DNA of 63,923 bases, the filler included, from Welwitschia mirabilis (Eukaryota), in assembly GCA_051453625.1 (NCBI GenBank). It is 6 parts of one record of this genome, joined end to end, with 100 filler letters (N's around TTAATTAATTAA, not from the genome) between each part and the next. Parts side by side here need not be neighbours in the genome. Positions count along the whole stretch, not along the records: positions 10,471 to 18,394 come from JBOZIK010000001.1; positions 18,495 to 43,569 come from JBOZIK010000001.1; 4 more parts are not named here. One strand, given 5' to 3'. Under the pieces are notes generated by a model that ran no database searches, was not told the DNA's origin, and was given only the letters and a program-made list of their open reading frames with translations. Positions 11,690 to 24,500 of the stretch are shown piece after piece (the stretch's first letter is position 1; each line of letters starts with the position of its first letter). The position numbers and the translations under genes are program-made.

Positions 11690-12507
11690 AGACTCACTCA
11701 TTTTTGAATGAATCCCTCTTTTTGGTTATAATGGTAATTTAGGTATCTCTCTCTCTTTTTGTTATTATTATTAAGTATATTTTCATAGTTTTGAGACGTA
11801 GGAAGCTTAATTGAAAAATGCCACCCATATGCATAGGCTTCATTAAGGAATATTTCGAGTAAGGTTTTTAAAGAGGGTTCATTAACCACAAGTAACTAGC
11901 AAGGCAGAAGACAATTATCTCCTTTTTCTCATTATAATTAAAAATTGATATAAAATTAAGCCTTTTAAAAAAGCCTTAAAAGGTTATTCGAAAACACGCA
12001 CATTGGTTCGTATTGAATAAAAAGGGTTNNNNNNNNNNNNNNNNNNNNNNNNNNNNNNNNNNNNNNNNNNNNNNNNNNNNNNNNNNNNNNNNNNNNNNNN
12101 NNNNNNNNNNNNNNNNNNNNNNNNNNNNAAAACTAATTTTATTTTCTCCCAATTAAATAGTACATCAAACTAATTCAATCTCACGTTTTTGTGTTCTAAG
12201 AAAACACATTAGTATATGTTTGTGTTCTAAGAAAAACACATCTTAAGCACATTAGTATGGCATATTCCTGTTAATTCAAACTAAGGTTTGAAACTGAACA
12301 TAGAAGAATAGATGGGGCAATTTAGGTGAGATCCTATCCAAAACGACAAGTTTGGTTTGATCAAACTGCAGAATACTAAAAAGTTTAGTTTGATCAAGCT
12401 ACAGATTACTAGAAACAAACTATAATGCCAGGCAATTACATTGAAACACAAATTGTTTTGCTAGCATAACCTTAATATAATCATCTATTTCCCAAAGAGT
12501 TGTGGTG

Positions 12508-12578
12508 GAGTTTGTAGCTAGTGGAAAAGAGTTGTGGTTTTGGACCATGAGGTCAAGGGTTCAAATCCCTTTAGTTTA
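12508..12578 (+). pseudogene. tRNA-like sequence, copy 2 (in the duplicated block)
   Basis: TAGCTAGTGG A-box, the same anticodon loop with a TGTGG 5' stem strand, and GGTTCAAATCC B-box. Confidence 0.5.
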
Positions 12579-13522
12579 AAACTTTCGCCCATTTTTGAAT
12601 GAATCCCTCTTTTTGGTTATAATGGTAATTTAGTCCCTCTTTTTGGTTATAATGGTAATTTAGGTATCTATCTCTCTTTTTGTTATTATTATTAAGTATA
12701 TTTTCATAGTTGAGACGTAAGAGCTTAATTGAAAAATGCCACCCATATGCATAGGCTTCATTAAGGAATATTTCGAACAAGGTTTTTAAAGAGAGTTCAT
12801 TAACACAAGTAACTAGCAAAGGTAGAAGACAATTATCTCCTTTTTCTCATTATAATTAAAAATTGATGCAAAATTAAGCCTTTTAGAAAAGGCTCAAAAG
12901 GTTATTCGAAAACATGCACATTGCACATTGGTTCATATTGAATAAAAAGGGTTATTTATTTGAATGTTGAATTCTCACTTTTTTAATATTATTAACAGTT
13001 TGTGCAAACTGAATTTGATTTTGTAAAGGTTACATTAAAGGTTATTTAAAATGGGAATTCTTTTCAAAGCAACTTGATTGTTTTTTTAAGATTTTTAAAT
13101 TTGCACATTAATTTTTATTTTAATTGTTAAATTGTAAACCTTTAAAGTAATATTAAGTGCATTGAAGAATAAAGTGATTGATAAGATTTAAAGGACATTT
13201 TGCCAAATTAAAAATATTCCCATTAACAACATTTGATTAGCAATTCTGTTGAAAAAAAAGTCTTGTGATTAGTGGGGTCATCGGGTCAAGAGATCCAACT
13301 CTCCACGAAGAAAATGTCATTTCATGTTAATAAAATGATTGCAATGGTATCTTACTTAATCAACATATTTAAAACAGACTTTCAAAGAGTTTTTGTGTTT
13401 TACTTTGCAAACTCGTTGATCAAAAACTCGGAGAAAACTTTCTTCTCAAACGCATTGCAACTGCATCCTTCATGATGAAACTCATCGCAGGAATTGATGG
13501 AGCACAAAGCGAAAGCGAAGAG

Positions 13523-13528
13523 TTTATT
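13523..13528 (-). promoter_or_regulatory. Candidate polyadenylation signal AATAAA of the glycine-rich protein gene
   Basis: TTTATT on the plus strand about 130 nt past the stop codon, after a U/UG-rich 3' UTR. Confidence 0.5.
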
Positions 13529-13656
13529 ATAAATGGAAGACGCGAACAACACAAGGCACGAAAGGAAGTCCAGACGAACAACTTCGTACGATTAAATAGA
13601 CACGGATATGGCCACAGATAAGAGCAAAGATAAACGAAAGAAAACAAAGGCTATAA

Positions 13657-14001
13657 CTACCATCCACCGCCAACGCCACCGCCGGCGCCTGCTCCGCCGC
13701 CAAAACCGCCGCCGGTGCCGAGGCCTCCACCACCCCCGCCGCCGAAGCCACCACCAGCGCCGCCCCCTAGACCTCCACCTGCACCTCCGCCTGCGCCAAC
13801 TCCGTATCCGGCGCCGGCGCCGACCCCTCCTCCAAATCCACCTCCGCCACCTCCGCCAAAACCTCCTCCAAAGTTATCTTTCTCGTAGACTCTCTCTTTG
13901 ACGTGCTTTTCGGCCTCCATGTTTCTTGATGTGGCGCCCACGCTAGCGACTGCGACTGCGGCGAAGAGCAGCGTCACTACCATGGCTGTCTTCATCTCCA
14001 T
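13657..14001 (-). CDS. Secreted glycine-rich (cell-wall-type) protein, about 114 aa, single exon
   Basis: MEMKTAMVVTLLFAAVAVASVGATSR is a hydrophobic signal peptide. It is followed by a short charged linker and a GGGX-repeat domain (GGGF/GGGA/GAGA) ending GGGW*. GC-rich and CpG-retaining. The listed ORF start at 14037 lies right against the TATA box, so the ATG at 14001 (AAGATGG context) or at 13995 is more likely. Confidence 0.9.
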   Translation of the reverse strand: MEMKTAMVVTLLFAAVAVASVGATSRNMEAEKHVKERVYEKDNFGGGFGGGGGGGFGGGVGAGAGYGVGAGGGAGGGLGGGAGGGFGGGGGGGLGTGGGFGGGAGAGGGVGGGW

Positions 14002-14038
14002 CTTCAGTGTTCTGTGGAAACAAATGGCATTGGGCATG

Positions 14039-14047
14039 TATTTATAG
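14039..14047 (-). promoter_or_regulatory. TATA box of the glycine-rich protein gene
   Basis: CTATAAATA on the minus strand, about 38 nt upstream of the ATG at 14001. Confidence 0.75.
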
Positions 14048-14101
14048 AAAACTTATGGAGACGTCTTTAGGTTCTGGTAATAAATGCTTCCAGCAACCAG
14101 C

Positions 14102-14280
14102 GCTGCGTCTGGCATTGGATTCCCATCAGCTTGAGCTGTTTCTGAGTCTTAAGAGAGTGTCGTCTTCTGCCATTGAATTTCCCTCTGCTTGTGCTGTTTC
14201 GGTGCCTTAAAAGAGTGCTGTCGTCTGCCATTGAATTCCCCTCTGCTTGTGCTCTTTCTGTGTCTTAAAAGAGTGTTGTC
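14102..14280. repeat. 58-bp tandem repeat, about 3 copies, in the GRP proximal promoter
   Basis: Unit TCTGCCATTGAATTCCCCTCTGCTTGTGCTGTTTCTGTGTCTTAAAAGAGTGYTGTC recurs at offsets 14107, 14165 and 14223. The copy nearest the TATA box is the most diverged. Confidence 0.85.
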
Positions 14281-14845
14281 CAATCCCAACTAAAGAATTC
14301 ATTCTTCAGAGACGGATTCTGCTGTGGACGTGAATGCGTGATCGTGTGGGCTTTGCCAGAGCGTTCTGTGATTGCTATTAATTCTAACGACTAACCACTG
14401 CACTGTTTGATTACATTCTCTCTGTATTTGCTCTTCCCTGCCAACTGTTCACTGTTGCTGACATAAAGAGAGACTGGGCCTTGGCCAACTCAGAACGTGA
14501 CAGTTTTCAACGATATCCAATTGGCTCTCTGGGTTTGCATCTATTTTAATGGGTTATGGATTGGAATGGGTTGGTCAAGGACAGGGTCACATAACCCATA
14601 AATCATAAAAAAAAAAAAAAGATTTTCTTGTTTTGTAATTAAATTTATGATTAATAAATTATGTTGAAGGAAATAGTGGAAGAGATGATTCATGTGAAAA
14701 AATAAATTATATTAAATTTAATGAGGGATTTCTTTTTTCAAGAGTTCAAATCCTAAACTCTTTTTTAACTCCGAAATTTTTGAAAGGCCTTATCAAAAGC
14801 ACCTAGAAATCAACAAATTAGATAAAAAACACCCTACCAAAACCT

Positions 14846-16380
14846 CCAAGAATCAACATAAACTAATGGTATAGGAAATGTAGGAAGGAATGACAAGACT
14901 ACAATAATGAGAAAAAAACACGTTCCATTTGTTTGGAAACCCTGATAGAGAGAAGACCAGTATACATCCAAAAATCAACATAAACTAATTGTTTATGAAC
15001 TGGAGAGTGGAATGGAAAGATTACAATAAGAAGGAAAACACCTTGTATTTGTTTGGAAACCCTAATAGAGAGAAAAATGGTCATGATAGATATTGTTATG
15101 AGAATGTAAAATAATAGAAACTTTCAAAGCAAGGTTATATAGAATGTTTCAAAATCTAGCAATAATTCCATACAGAATGTTCATAAGGAGCCTATCATAA
15201 TTTATGGTCTAATGTGACCAACATTGCCTTGCATCTTGTGGTTATTGTTTGATCTATGTCTTTATTGCAATTGGATAAATACTCTTTTGTTTTTGTGTTG
15301 TGTCAAACATAGGGCATAAGAAAATAGGCTTTAGAAAAAAGTAAAGGGATCTATCCTACAGTGATAAGGTAGAATGGAATGCCATCCACTCCAACTATAA
15401 AAGGATGTACAAAGGCACATTTTATAGTAAGATTGATACCTCTTAAAAGAGATGAATCAAATGTTATTAGATTGAAGACTCGTTTCTTTATGCTTCATTT
15501 GTGCTTGGAAGACTAATGTGTGCTTCATTTTGGATTCAACTTTAACACATCCTTCAATATGCTTAATGGTTTGTTCTTGATTATGCTTTATTCTTTAATT
15601 CCAACTCCATTTTAGGATTAAATACTTTTAGTTTTAAAGATTAATAAATTAGATCTATTAAAGATCTTGTTATTGTGTTAAAATGAAAGCATCATTTAGT
15701 AAATGAAAAGAGATTTAAGTCCTATTTGTGAAGTTTAATTAAAGTTCTACAATCTTTGAAGATGTGAGGTATCATTTGAGTGTTTGAAAGCATTATTTTG
15801 TCATTTCATCTAGAAGAAAGAAATATTTTCATATTTTTTGAGAGACCATGAGAGAACAATGNNNNNNNNNNNNNNNNNNNNNNNNNNNNNNNNNNNNNNN
15901 NNNNNNNNNGCATAGACGGATATCTTAGCCAAAGGATTTCATCATTAGACAACATTTTAGCATCGTTTGAATGCAATTTTTATAGTACTCACAACATGGA
16001 CATCTACATAGATTCATAGACATCTATTATCATTTATAAAAGCTTTTTGGGAAGATATTGGGAAACATATCTAATACATTAGAAACATATACATACTTTG
16101 AAGATGTTTTCAATACCTCAAAGAGGTCTACTCAATGGTCAAGAAGAATATTAAGCTCATCAAGTCTTTTCTAATAGAACATTCACTAGGTATGTGGAGG
16201 GATTTACAAAATCAAAGAAATTAGAGTAGATAGTAGGATATTTAAAGAGGCACATTCCTTTGCACAATATCATCATACGACACTTAAAAATGGTAGGAAA
16301 GTGCATGTGCACTCTATGGTGGAAGATTTTAGTACTTCAAATTTAAAGATGCATTCCTCTTATGAAAAGTGTATTTAAAC
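14846..16380 (+). mobile_element. Very decayed Ty3/Gypsy (CRM-like?) pol relic
   Basis: Motif-like fragments in Gypsy order: DRYCYENV (~15085; cf. IDSGSCENV protease), KTRF…LED*CVLHFG (~15475-15535; cf. KTAF…YEWLVMPFG RT), DNILASFECNFYSTH (~15950; cf. WD..LP..EFAYNS integrase). Starts with a ~120-bp degenerate duplication (14846-14957 / 14968-15076). Confidence 0.4.
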
Positions 16381-17429
16381 ATAGAAAAGAAAAAGAATAA
16401 TACCAACTTTCTCCCATCAATCAATTGAAAATATGGTTGAAGGAAAGCTTATATACCTAAGATTTTTGATTAGTAGTCTAGTGCTTTGTTAAATAAGTTG
16501 ATATTGATTTCTTAATTATAGAAATATGTAAGAATATTTGGATCTTATCAAAACTCTTTTCTTCATGGACCAATGTTTTTCTAGTGGGAAAAGAATATAG
16601 AGGTATGAAAATCAATATGATTTATGAAACTAAAATTTAAATTGATATCTTATTAGATCCATAAGAAGATCTATAGGATCTATCAGACAAGATACTGCAC
16701 AGGTCAAAAATTTCTAAGACAAATTCAATGAAATATCCTAGAGTGACAATAGATAGCTAGAACATCTCATATAATTTTAACACTTCAATTGCTCATTTAC
16801 ATCTTATAGAACTAGTGAAATAAAAATTAAGAAGAACATTTGTTTCATCCTTAATGAATTTAGATAAACAAAGTCTACAAGTGCTAGATCTCTAATGGAT
16901 GTTAATCTATATATACCTATATCTATTTAAAAGTAATGAAAACTCATTTACAACCTACTGATCAAATCTATAATCCTAATTGGAACTTTGTCACTTAAGT
17001 AATGTGAATCTTGATTAAGGCATTCTTTATGAATTTATTCAAAATAAGATTTCTTTTTCCCTTCTACATTTGATCAAATCTTCTAAAGCACCTTACTTCA
17101 TACAAACCATTAAAACTGGTTTACATATGGTTAGATAGAAAAGGTAATAAATTTATTAAAATGTAAGGAATTAGTACATTAGTTTACTCTAAATAATATA
17201 GGAAAAACTCTCATCTATAATGTAGAAACACAAGGCATAATAAAAATGCATGAAAAAATATTAAGTAGTGGAGGAAAAAGTTAAAATCTAAATAGACTAT
17301 GTAAAAATAGATAGTATAACTATTTAATAAGGATGAGAAGATCATGGATCTAATAATAGAATATATGTAGAGACTCATTAAACTCAATTGTTATACTCAA
17401 CAAACCAAATCCTCATGTTACAATTGTCT

Positions 17430-18020
17430 AACAGAAGTTCAACACTATACTAAGTTAACTGAAGCTTGACATCACACTTGATCCATAAAGGACTAATGTT
17501 GCACTTGGCCAAAGAAAGCTTGATGTTACACTTGGTTAACTAAATCCTAACATCATACTTAAAGGCTGATATTACACTTAGTACTTAAAGTTTACCATCA
17601 TAGTTGAAGCTTGACATTACAGTTGATCATCAATGTTTGACATCGCACTTGAAGCCTGATGTTATATTTGCCTCTTTCCAAGCTTGTTATTGTAGTATGA
17701 TCTTTAAGGCATGATATCAGACTTACTTGTTTTCTATTCCTAAATTATAATTGCTTCTTCCTAAGCCTACCATTATATCATCATCTCTAGGGTATGATGT
17801 CATACTTGCCTCTTTCCAAACCTATTATTACGGTATCACCTCCAAGATCTGACATCGATATTATCTCTTGTCCTCCAAATCTAATGTCATACTTATTTCT
17901 TCCTAGGCTTGTCCTCATAGTATCACCTATAAGGGCGAACATTATACTTATCTATCATCATGGTCCAATGTTATACTTACTCCTTCCTAGACTTGTTGTT
18001 GCAGAAATTAACTACTAGGG
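17430..18020. repeat. Degenerate tandem array of AAGCTTGACATCACACTTG-like units (20-30 bp period)
   Basis: More than ten variants (aagcttgacatcacacttg, aagcttgatgttacacttg, aagcttgacattacagttg, aagcctgatgttatatttg…). Probably part of an LTR-element internal or LTR region. Confidence 0.6.
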
Positions 18021-19149
18021 TTAAAGTCATGCTTGCTTATTCCCTAGGATTAAAATTACAATTACCTACCCTTTTGATAGTTGTGATAGTTGAAATAGTT
18101 ACATAAGTTATCAAACTAACTTCAATAGTTATCAAATGTTAATTATCCATCATGACAGTTGCAAAACAATGTTTAAAAAACAAACCTATTTAAGGATAGT
18201 AGAACTCATAAATAAGGGTGATAATAGAAGAAAAACAAAGAATAAATTAGAGAGTTACAAAGTAGAAAGTAAATACTTGAATAGATATTATTGAGATCTA
18301 ATTAAATAAGGTTCGTTCATAATATTAATAACTTTATAACACTCCTTAGATGCTTAGAATCACCAGATCACCTAATAGAGTATGATTTGTAACTNNNNNN
18401 NNNNNNNNNNNNNNNNNNNNNNNNNNNNNNNNNNNNNNTTAATTAATTAANNNNNNNNNNNNNNNNNNNNNNNNNNNNNNNNNNNNNNNNNNNNTTATTG
18501 ACTTATACATAAGCAAAAAACATCTAGAATGAATGGACAATTGCAATAAACATACTTGGTAGCATAAAATTAATTGAATCAAAATGAAATAAAAACAACT
18601 AAAGAAAAGGTAATGAAATAAAAAAACTCACAGAAACAAAATTAAAGGTAGAAGTAATAAAACTAAATATTATCAAAATATAAGGGATAAAAAAGAAGAT
18701 GTGGAATTTTCTGAAAGCATAAGCAATTTGTTCTAAGAAGTGAAATTGCACTCTTTATCATGTTGGACTTAGTTGAAATTACCAGTAAAATGCCAAGTGC
18801 CTTTTGAGAGGATCCTTATCAAGTCCTTTTAGAGTTGAATACTCACCCTTACATGAAAGGTAGGGAAGACATTCAGCATAAAAGTTGAGGATTAAACAAA
18901 TTCAAATTAACTCACACTCATTTCTTAAAGGATGAATGTTTGTGAGAGAAGATTTGCCATTGCCATTCATTGAAATAAGAAGATGTAAGGGTTGTCTTCC
19001 CAAATCCAATCTAGTAGTCTTTTTTAATTTAATGTTTAGCCTTAGCATGTAATGGAAAAAGGATAAAATACGATATTGAAAAGTAGAAAGGCTTCAAATA
19101 ATGTCTAAATATGCTAGGATATTATCTATCATCTTTAGAAATCTAGTGG

Positions 19150-21500
19150 TTTGGTATAACATTTAATAAAAAACCAATTTTAAATGATAGTTAATATCAT
19201 GAGTATCATAGTGTACTATGTTAGGTTGGGTTTTAGAGTAGATAAATGATATTTTGATTTCTAATAGAGTGATTCCTTTTTTGTGCTTGAGGGTTATGGA
19301 ATGTCATCCATATGAGAAATATAGACATACACCATTGGAGTTACATTTAACTAAAGCTAAAGATTGGGAATATGGTACAAAAAGTGGATCATTATTTAAT
19401 TAGTGGCTTTGAAGTATATGAAATGCAATAAAGGATCTCATAATTCACTAAAACTAAGTTACACAAAGATCTACAGAAACATCCATTTACTTCTAATTTA
19501 AAGGAAATAAGACATCTCATAGAAGATAAGAATATAAAATTCACTCTAATTCAAGAATAACAAAGAAGAGATTATGCTTTTCAGGAGCTAGTGGAGAAAT
19601 CTTCAGATATTACGATGTGTAAACATAAATAAAGTAACAAAGAAGAGATTATGCTTTTCAGGAGCTAGTGGAGAAATCTTCAGATATTGCGATGTGTAAA
19701 CATAAATAAAGTAATAAGAATGCACAACACTTTTCAAAAAGAGAACTTAAAGGTACAAGCTCGTGAATCTAAAGAGGCTAACCATTGTCTATAGATAAAC
19801 ACTCCTATTGTATGTCTTCATGAAAGAGTTTATACATATTATAAATATCTGTGAACTATAGAGGTTACCTAATCACTATTTAATGCATTCATTTCCATGA
19901 GTTTTAATTTATAGAGCTATCTATTTTTCTTTTTATTTTCACTTTGTAAACTATTTAACTGAGTTTAATCTTGAAAAACTTCAATTTACAAGTTTTAATT
20001 TATTAGAATATATTCTCAGGATGTAACCAATTTAAGGTTACAAATTTCAAACTTGTTGAATACTAAGGAAATTTTCCCTAATTCATTTGCATCTCAAAAG
20101 TATCACAAAGGGAATAGTGTTGAGTTCATAAAAGTGGAACCTATGGTTTCATCACCATGCTCTATTACTGGAATTACAAAAGTCTTTTTAGAGAATACAC
20201 CATCTGAAAATCATGGAGAAATAATGTTTAGTAGTTAGAAGAATTTGCAAGAACCACTTATTAAAATTTATAAATTAGATAAGTGTAAATGCCATAAAAT
20301 CACACACAATGAAGAAAATAGTTTTCTTAAAAATTTAAAATAAAATTTGAGATTGAAAGTAGTAAAAAGATGTAATAAAATTCATATTTATAGTGTTTTA
20401 TTAGGCAATACTAAAGCAAAAATTGATTTTATTGACTTACAGAATGGATTCATCCAAGTAAAGTTCGAAATGAAGAAACAATAGAATAATGGATTAAACA
20501 ATATCCTACATAGTGAAAATTTTAAAAATACGTGTTACCAAAGGTCTAGAAACTCCAAAGAAGTTGAGCTGGAGAAGAGAGAAAATGGCTTTAACTATGC
20601 TAATGCAAAGGTTCTAAGGACTACACTTCCTATAGAAAATCATATCAAAAATAGTGCTTTAGAGTTCAAGGTACATAATAGTGAGGATGTTGATTCTCTA
20701 TTTAAATAAGAAGTAGAGAAATAAAGGAATTGTTCTCTTATTAACCAAGATGTTCTAGCATTCTGTTACACAAGAAGATAGTAGGATATCGAAGATTGTC
20801 TCATCGATACCCACATGAAGTAATCATATGAATGTAACCCACTTATCCATGACATATCTAGAATGAAAGTAGGAAATTTAAAAAATCTAGATAAGTTGAA
20901 AACTACTCCAACTTGTCTATCTTTAAAGGAGCCATTACAATCTTCTAACCAAAATTGTATCCATGAGTCAGAACATGGTTCCCAATCAAGTAGCTATGAA
21001 ATATAATTTAAGAAGGCTATGANNNNNNNNNNGAAACACCATAGGAAAACCATGTCCATGAGCATGAAAACATATAAGGTAATAGAGATTTAACATGAAA
21101 AATCTCAACAATTGATTAAACGCATTGGATATTGGTAGCAAGTGCAATTGATTTTCATCAAATAAAGTTAACCAATAATCCTATTAAGTGCAGAATAATT
21201 TCCCATAAGTTAACCCTTTAAAACTAGAAGAGAAGGAAAAAAAACCATAGCCAATTATGTTGGCATTTTTATACATGACAATAAACTAATTATAAAAAGA
21301 TAATAAGTATTTAATCACAATTTTATAGCACAGTGAATGTTCACTAATGAAAAATAACCATCTCTCATTATGATCAAGCATACAAAATGTTACTTGTTTC
21401 TAATGCTAATAAGGGTCATCTATAAAAATAGATATTTAAGACTTATCAATAATCTATTTACTAAAAATATTATTCATCTTCTCACACACATGAAGCATAA
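19150..21500 (+). mobile_element. Possible Gypsy gag-like relic
   Basis: Weak only: TGGTAT PBS-like start (~19151), then GWVLE…YFDF, LEGYG and KDWE fragments, followed by long purine-rich decayed coding-like sequence with many stops. Confidence 0.25.
19558..19714. repeat. Near-perfect 2 x 77-bp tandem duplication
   Basis: taacaaagaagagattatgc…aaacataaataaag repeated at 19558 and 19635 with one mismatch and no gap between copies. Confidence 0.9.
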
Positions 21501-24500
21501 GGTATTTCACATGTAAAATTTTGAGAAGAAAGAACTACAAACATAAGAATTATCTTTATGCTATAGTGGTGTTTTATAATAATGGCTTCTATAAGACCTA
21601 TTTGAACACAAGTAATTTTAATGAGGAAAAATGGGCATGTATTGCATCTTAAGAAGAGGAGAATTAAAAACCATCACAAAGGTATGCCACACATTCAAAA
21701 ATGCATATAACATAATATACAATGCTATAAAAATAATACATTTCACTTTAATATCTTACAAACAAATATTATTTTTCCTTGCATTAAGAACTTAAAAATT
21801 CTCGTAGCCATGCATTTTGATTTATCTCTATTAGCTTAGTAACTCTATGTCCATTGATTTCTTATCTATAACTAGAACATACATTTCTAACAATTNNNNN
21901 NNNNNNNNNNNNNNNNNNNNNNNNNNNNNNNNNNNNNNNNNNNNNNNNNNNNNNNNNNNNNNNNNNNNNNNNNNNNNNNNNNNNNNNNNNNNNNNATTTT
22001 TCCTTGCATTAAGAACTTAAAAATTCTCGTAGCCATGCATTTTGACTTATCTCTATTGGCTTAGTAACTCTATGTCCATTGATTTCTTATCTATAACTAG
22101 AGCATACATTTCTAACAATTCACATCCTCTTAAATAACATACAAGATAGATCATATCTTTAATTGTTTTCTTTGAAAGTCATTTTTTCAAGTCTTAGACT
22201 AGAGACAAATATTGCTTCTACAATGTTCAATATCAATGTTTCATGTTTTATGTGTCTTAAATTTTGCAAATGAAAAATAAACTAAAATATAGAAAACTAG
22301 ATATCATTTTTGATATATGAATTAACTTTTTACTGAGATAAACATAAATCATAGCTTTAGAGGAATGAGAGGGCACTTCCCTTCAAGTCTATAGATCTTA
22401 GACCTTATNNNNNNNNNNNNNNNNNNNNNNNNNNNNNNNNNNNNNNNNNNNNNNNNNNNNNNNNNNNNNNNNNNNNNNNNNNNNNNNNNNNNNNNNNNNN
22501 NNNNNNNNTATGAATTAACTCTTTACTAAGATAAACATAAATCATACCTTTAGAGGAATGAGAGGGAACTTCCCTTTAAGTCTATAGATCTTAGGCCTTA
22601 TGATCCATTCCTTTCTATTAAATTTATCCTTCCAACCTCGTTCTTATGCAACATTCATCTCCAAATTTTCCTGTTCATTTCCATCATAAACACAATAGAA
22701 AAAGGCTACTATGTCCTACGACACTAATAGAAAATAACTAATGTTAAAAGAGGGACGTTAAAAAAAATGCAAAGGCAACACATAAACCAAATTTAAATGA
22801 CATGACTAAGATAGAGTATAAAATAAACATCTCTTCAAAATGAAGACGCACAATAATGTACTTTCCATGTGTCTAGGAGTTTGACTTAATCTTGATCAAC
22901 TAGCTTTCTTAAAAGTGAACTAATTGTTTCCTAAACCAAAATGCTTCATAATTTTAATAAGCACCAAACATACTAGATGTTTGATAGAATCTTAAAAGCT
23001 AAGCACTTTGCAAATGATGATATCTGAATTACCCTATAAAATTTAAAGAGGAATGATTCAAAAGCCGTAATGTATTAAATACATAAGAATCACTATCAAA
23101 TAAATACTAAGGCATAATAGAATTGAATAAAACCAGTGGTCTACCAAGTTATATACCATTTTCCTTGAATTAACTCCTTCCATGAATAAATAAATAATTA
23201 CATTAAATGTTTATCTTACCNNNNNNNNNNNNNNNNNNNNNNNNNNNNNNNNNNNNNNNNNNNNNNNNNNNNNNNNNNNNNNNNNNNNNNNNNNNNNNNN
23301 NNNNNNNNNNNNNNNNNNNNCTTGAATTAACTCCTTCCATGAATAAATAAATAATTGCATTGAATGTTTAGCTTACCTTAAGTAATTCTAGTTGAAATTT
23401 GCATGGTTATTTTCTTAATATCATAATTACTATGCTGATCAAAACCATAACAATTAGCCTATGAAAATTTTCTTATCATTAACATATAAATGGTAAAAGA
23501 TAATGCATGTTGTTTAAAATTAGGGAATTACTCAAGTGTTAATATTGATTTATTGATATTAACAACTTCTTTCAAATATTCACCTTTAGCACCAGATGTT
23601 ACCCAGTATATAAAATATGGGCAAATAAGAGGAGTTGGTTTGTAAGATTTTTTGCTGAAGATCATGGGTCATAGTCCCATGAACATACAGTAAATAAGGA
23701 TATGTGTTAGATGTTCCCTATTTTTAATTTATTTTCTATTATAAATAAGTATTTTTATGATTTGTATCATTTAACATAGAAGAAAAGAAGAGGCATGGAA
23801 ATCCATAAAAAATATTTGGTTATATTCATGCTAGTAGGAATGGAATATGATAATGTTTTCCTATGGAAGATGATAATTTATAGTTCCTCTAGCATACTGT
23901 AAACAATTAAATAATAAAAGATATTACCTGTTCTACTTCCGTATTATGTTAGAAAACAAATATTCTTGTAGCTTGTGATGGTCTACAATGATGAAAAGGA
24001 TAGCTAAGGAAAACTAGTTTTGAGTGAGAAATGAGCATGTCTTAAGTAACAAAAAAGAGATGACAAATAGTTCCTATGTTGGGGTAAAGTGGAAAAACCA
24101 TCAGTTACTATTGGGGGTAAAATGAAAAGCTAATAGAAAGCTATTTTGGATAATAGCAGGGCAATGTTTTTCTTATTGAAATGTGTCATAAAATTAGAAG
24201 AGAAAAATTAGTATTCTATATCATGAATGTGGGATAAAATCTACAAACAAATAAAATCATTAATTATTTAGAAAATTGAAAAAAATGAGAATAGGAAAAT
24301 TTGATAAATGATTGTCTCAAAATTCTTTAAAATAAAATAACTAAAATTTATTAAGTAGCTTTCTTGTGAGAGCATTAGAGACTACTAAAGGACTGTGTTC
24401 AATAAAACAACTTATTACGCAATAGGTTGTTGATGGAGAACAACCCTATGGTACACATAAAGTATATGCTATCTCAAATTTAACATTAGTTCAGAAATTA

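Noticed and set aside
11698..12819. Paired small ORFs 11698-11889 and 12571-12819 as a duplicated peptide gene
   Set aside because: Non-ATG starts, indels that shift sequence between the copies, AT-rich; they exist twice only because of the gap-flanking duplication.
13527..13901. Arg/His-rich ORF 13608-13901 (+) and Ala-rich ORF 13527-13754 (-)
   Set aside because: Shadow frames of the GC-rich GGC/GGA repeats of the glycine-rich gene, with no promoter or family features of their own.
14002..14037. Longer N-terminus MPNAICFHRTLK of the GRP ORF
   Set aside because: Its ATG lies immediately after the TATA box, upstream of the expected TSS, and it would precede a normal signal peptide.
14423..14442. 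Resemblance to miR408 (tgtatttgctcttccctgcc) with a weak nearby hairpin
   Set aside because: Only about 15/20 identity with mismatches in the 5' seed, and no extended miRNA-like stem.
17430..18020. Repetitive ORF 17794-18018 and surrounding array as a repeat protein
   Set aside because: Stops in all frames across the array; it looks like a non-coding TE-internal repeat.
22722..22734. CACTAATAGAAAA as the left TIR of the 23.6-33.2 kb CACTA
   Set aside because: Flanking 3-mer CGA does not match GCA after the right TIR, and no AAATGCCTTAAA subterminal repeats follow it.
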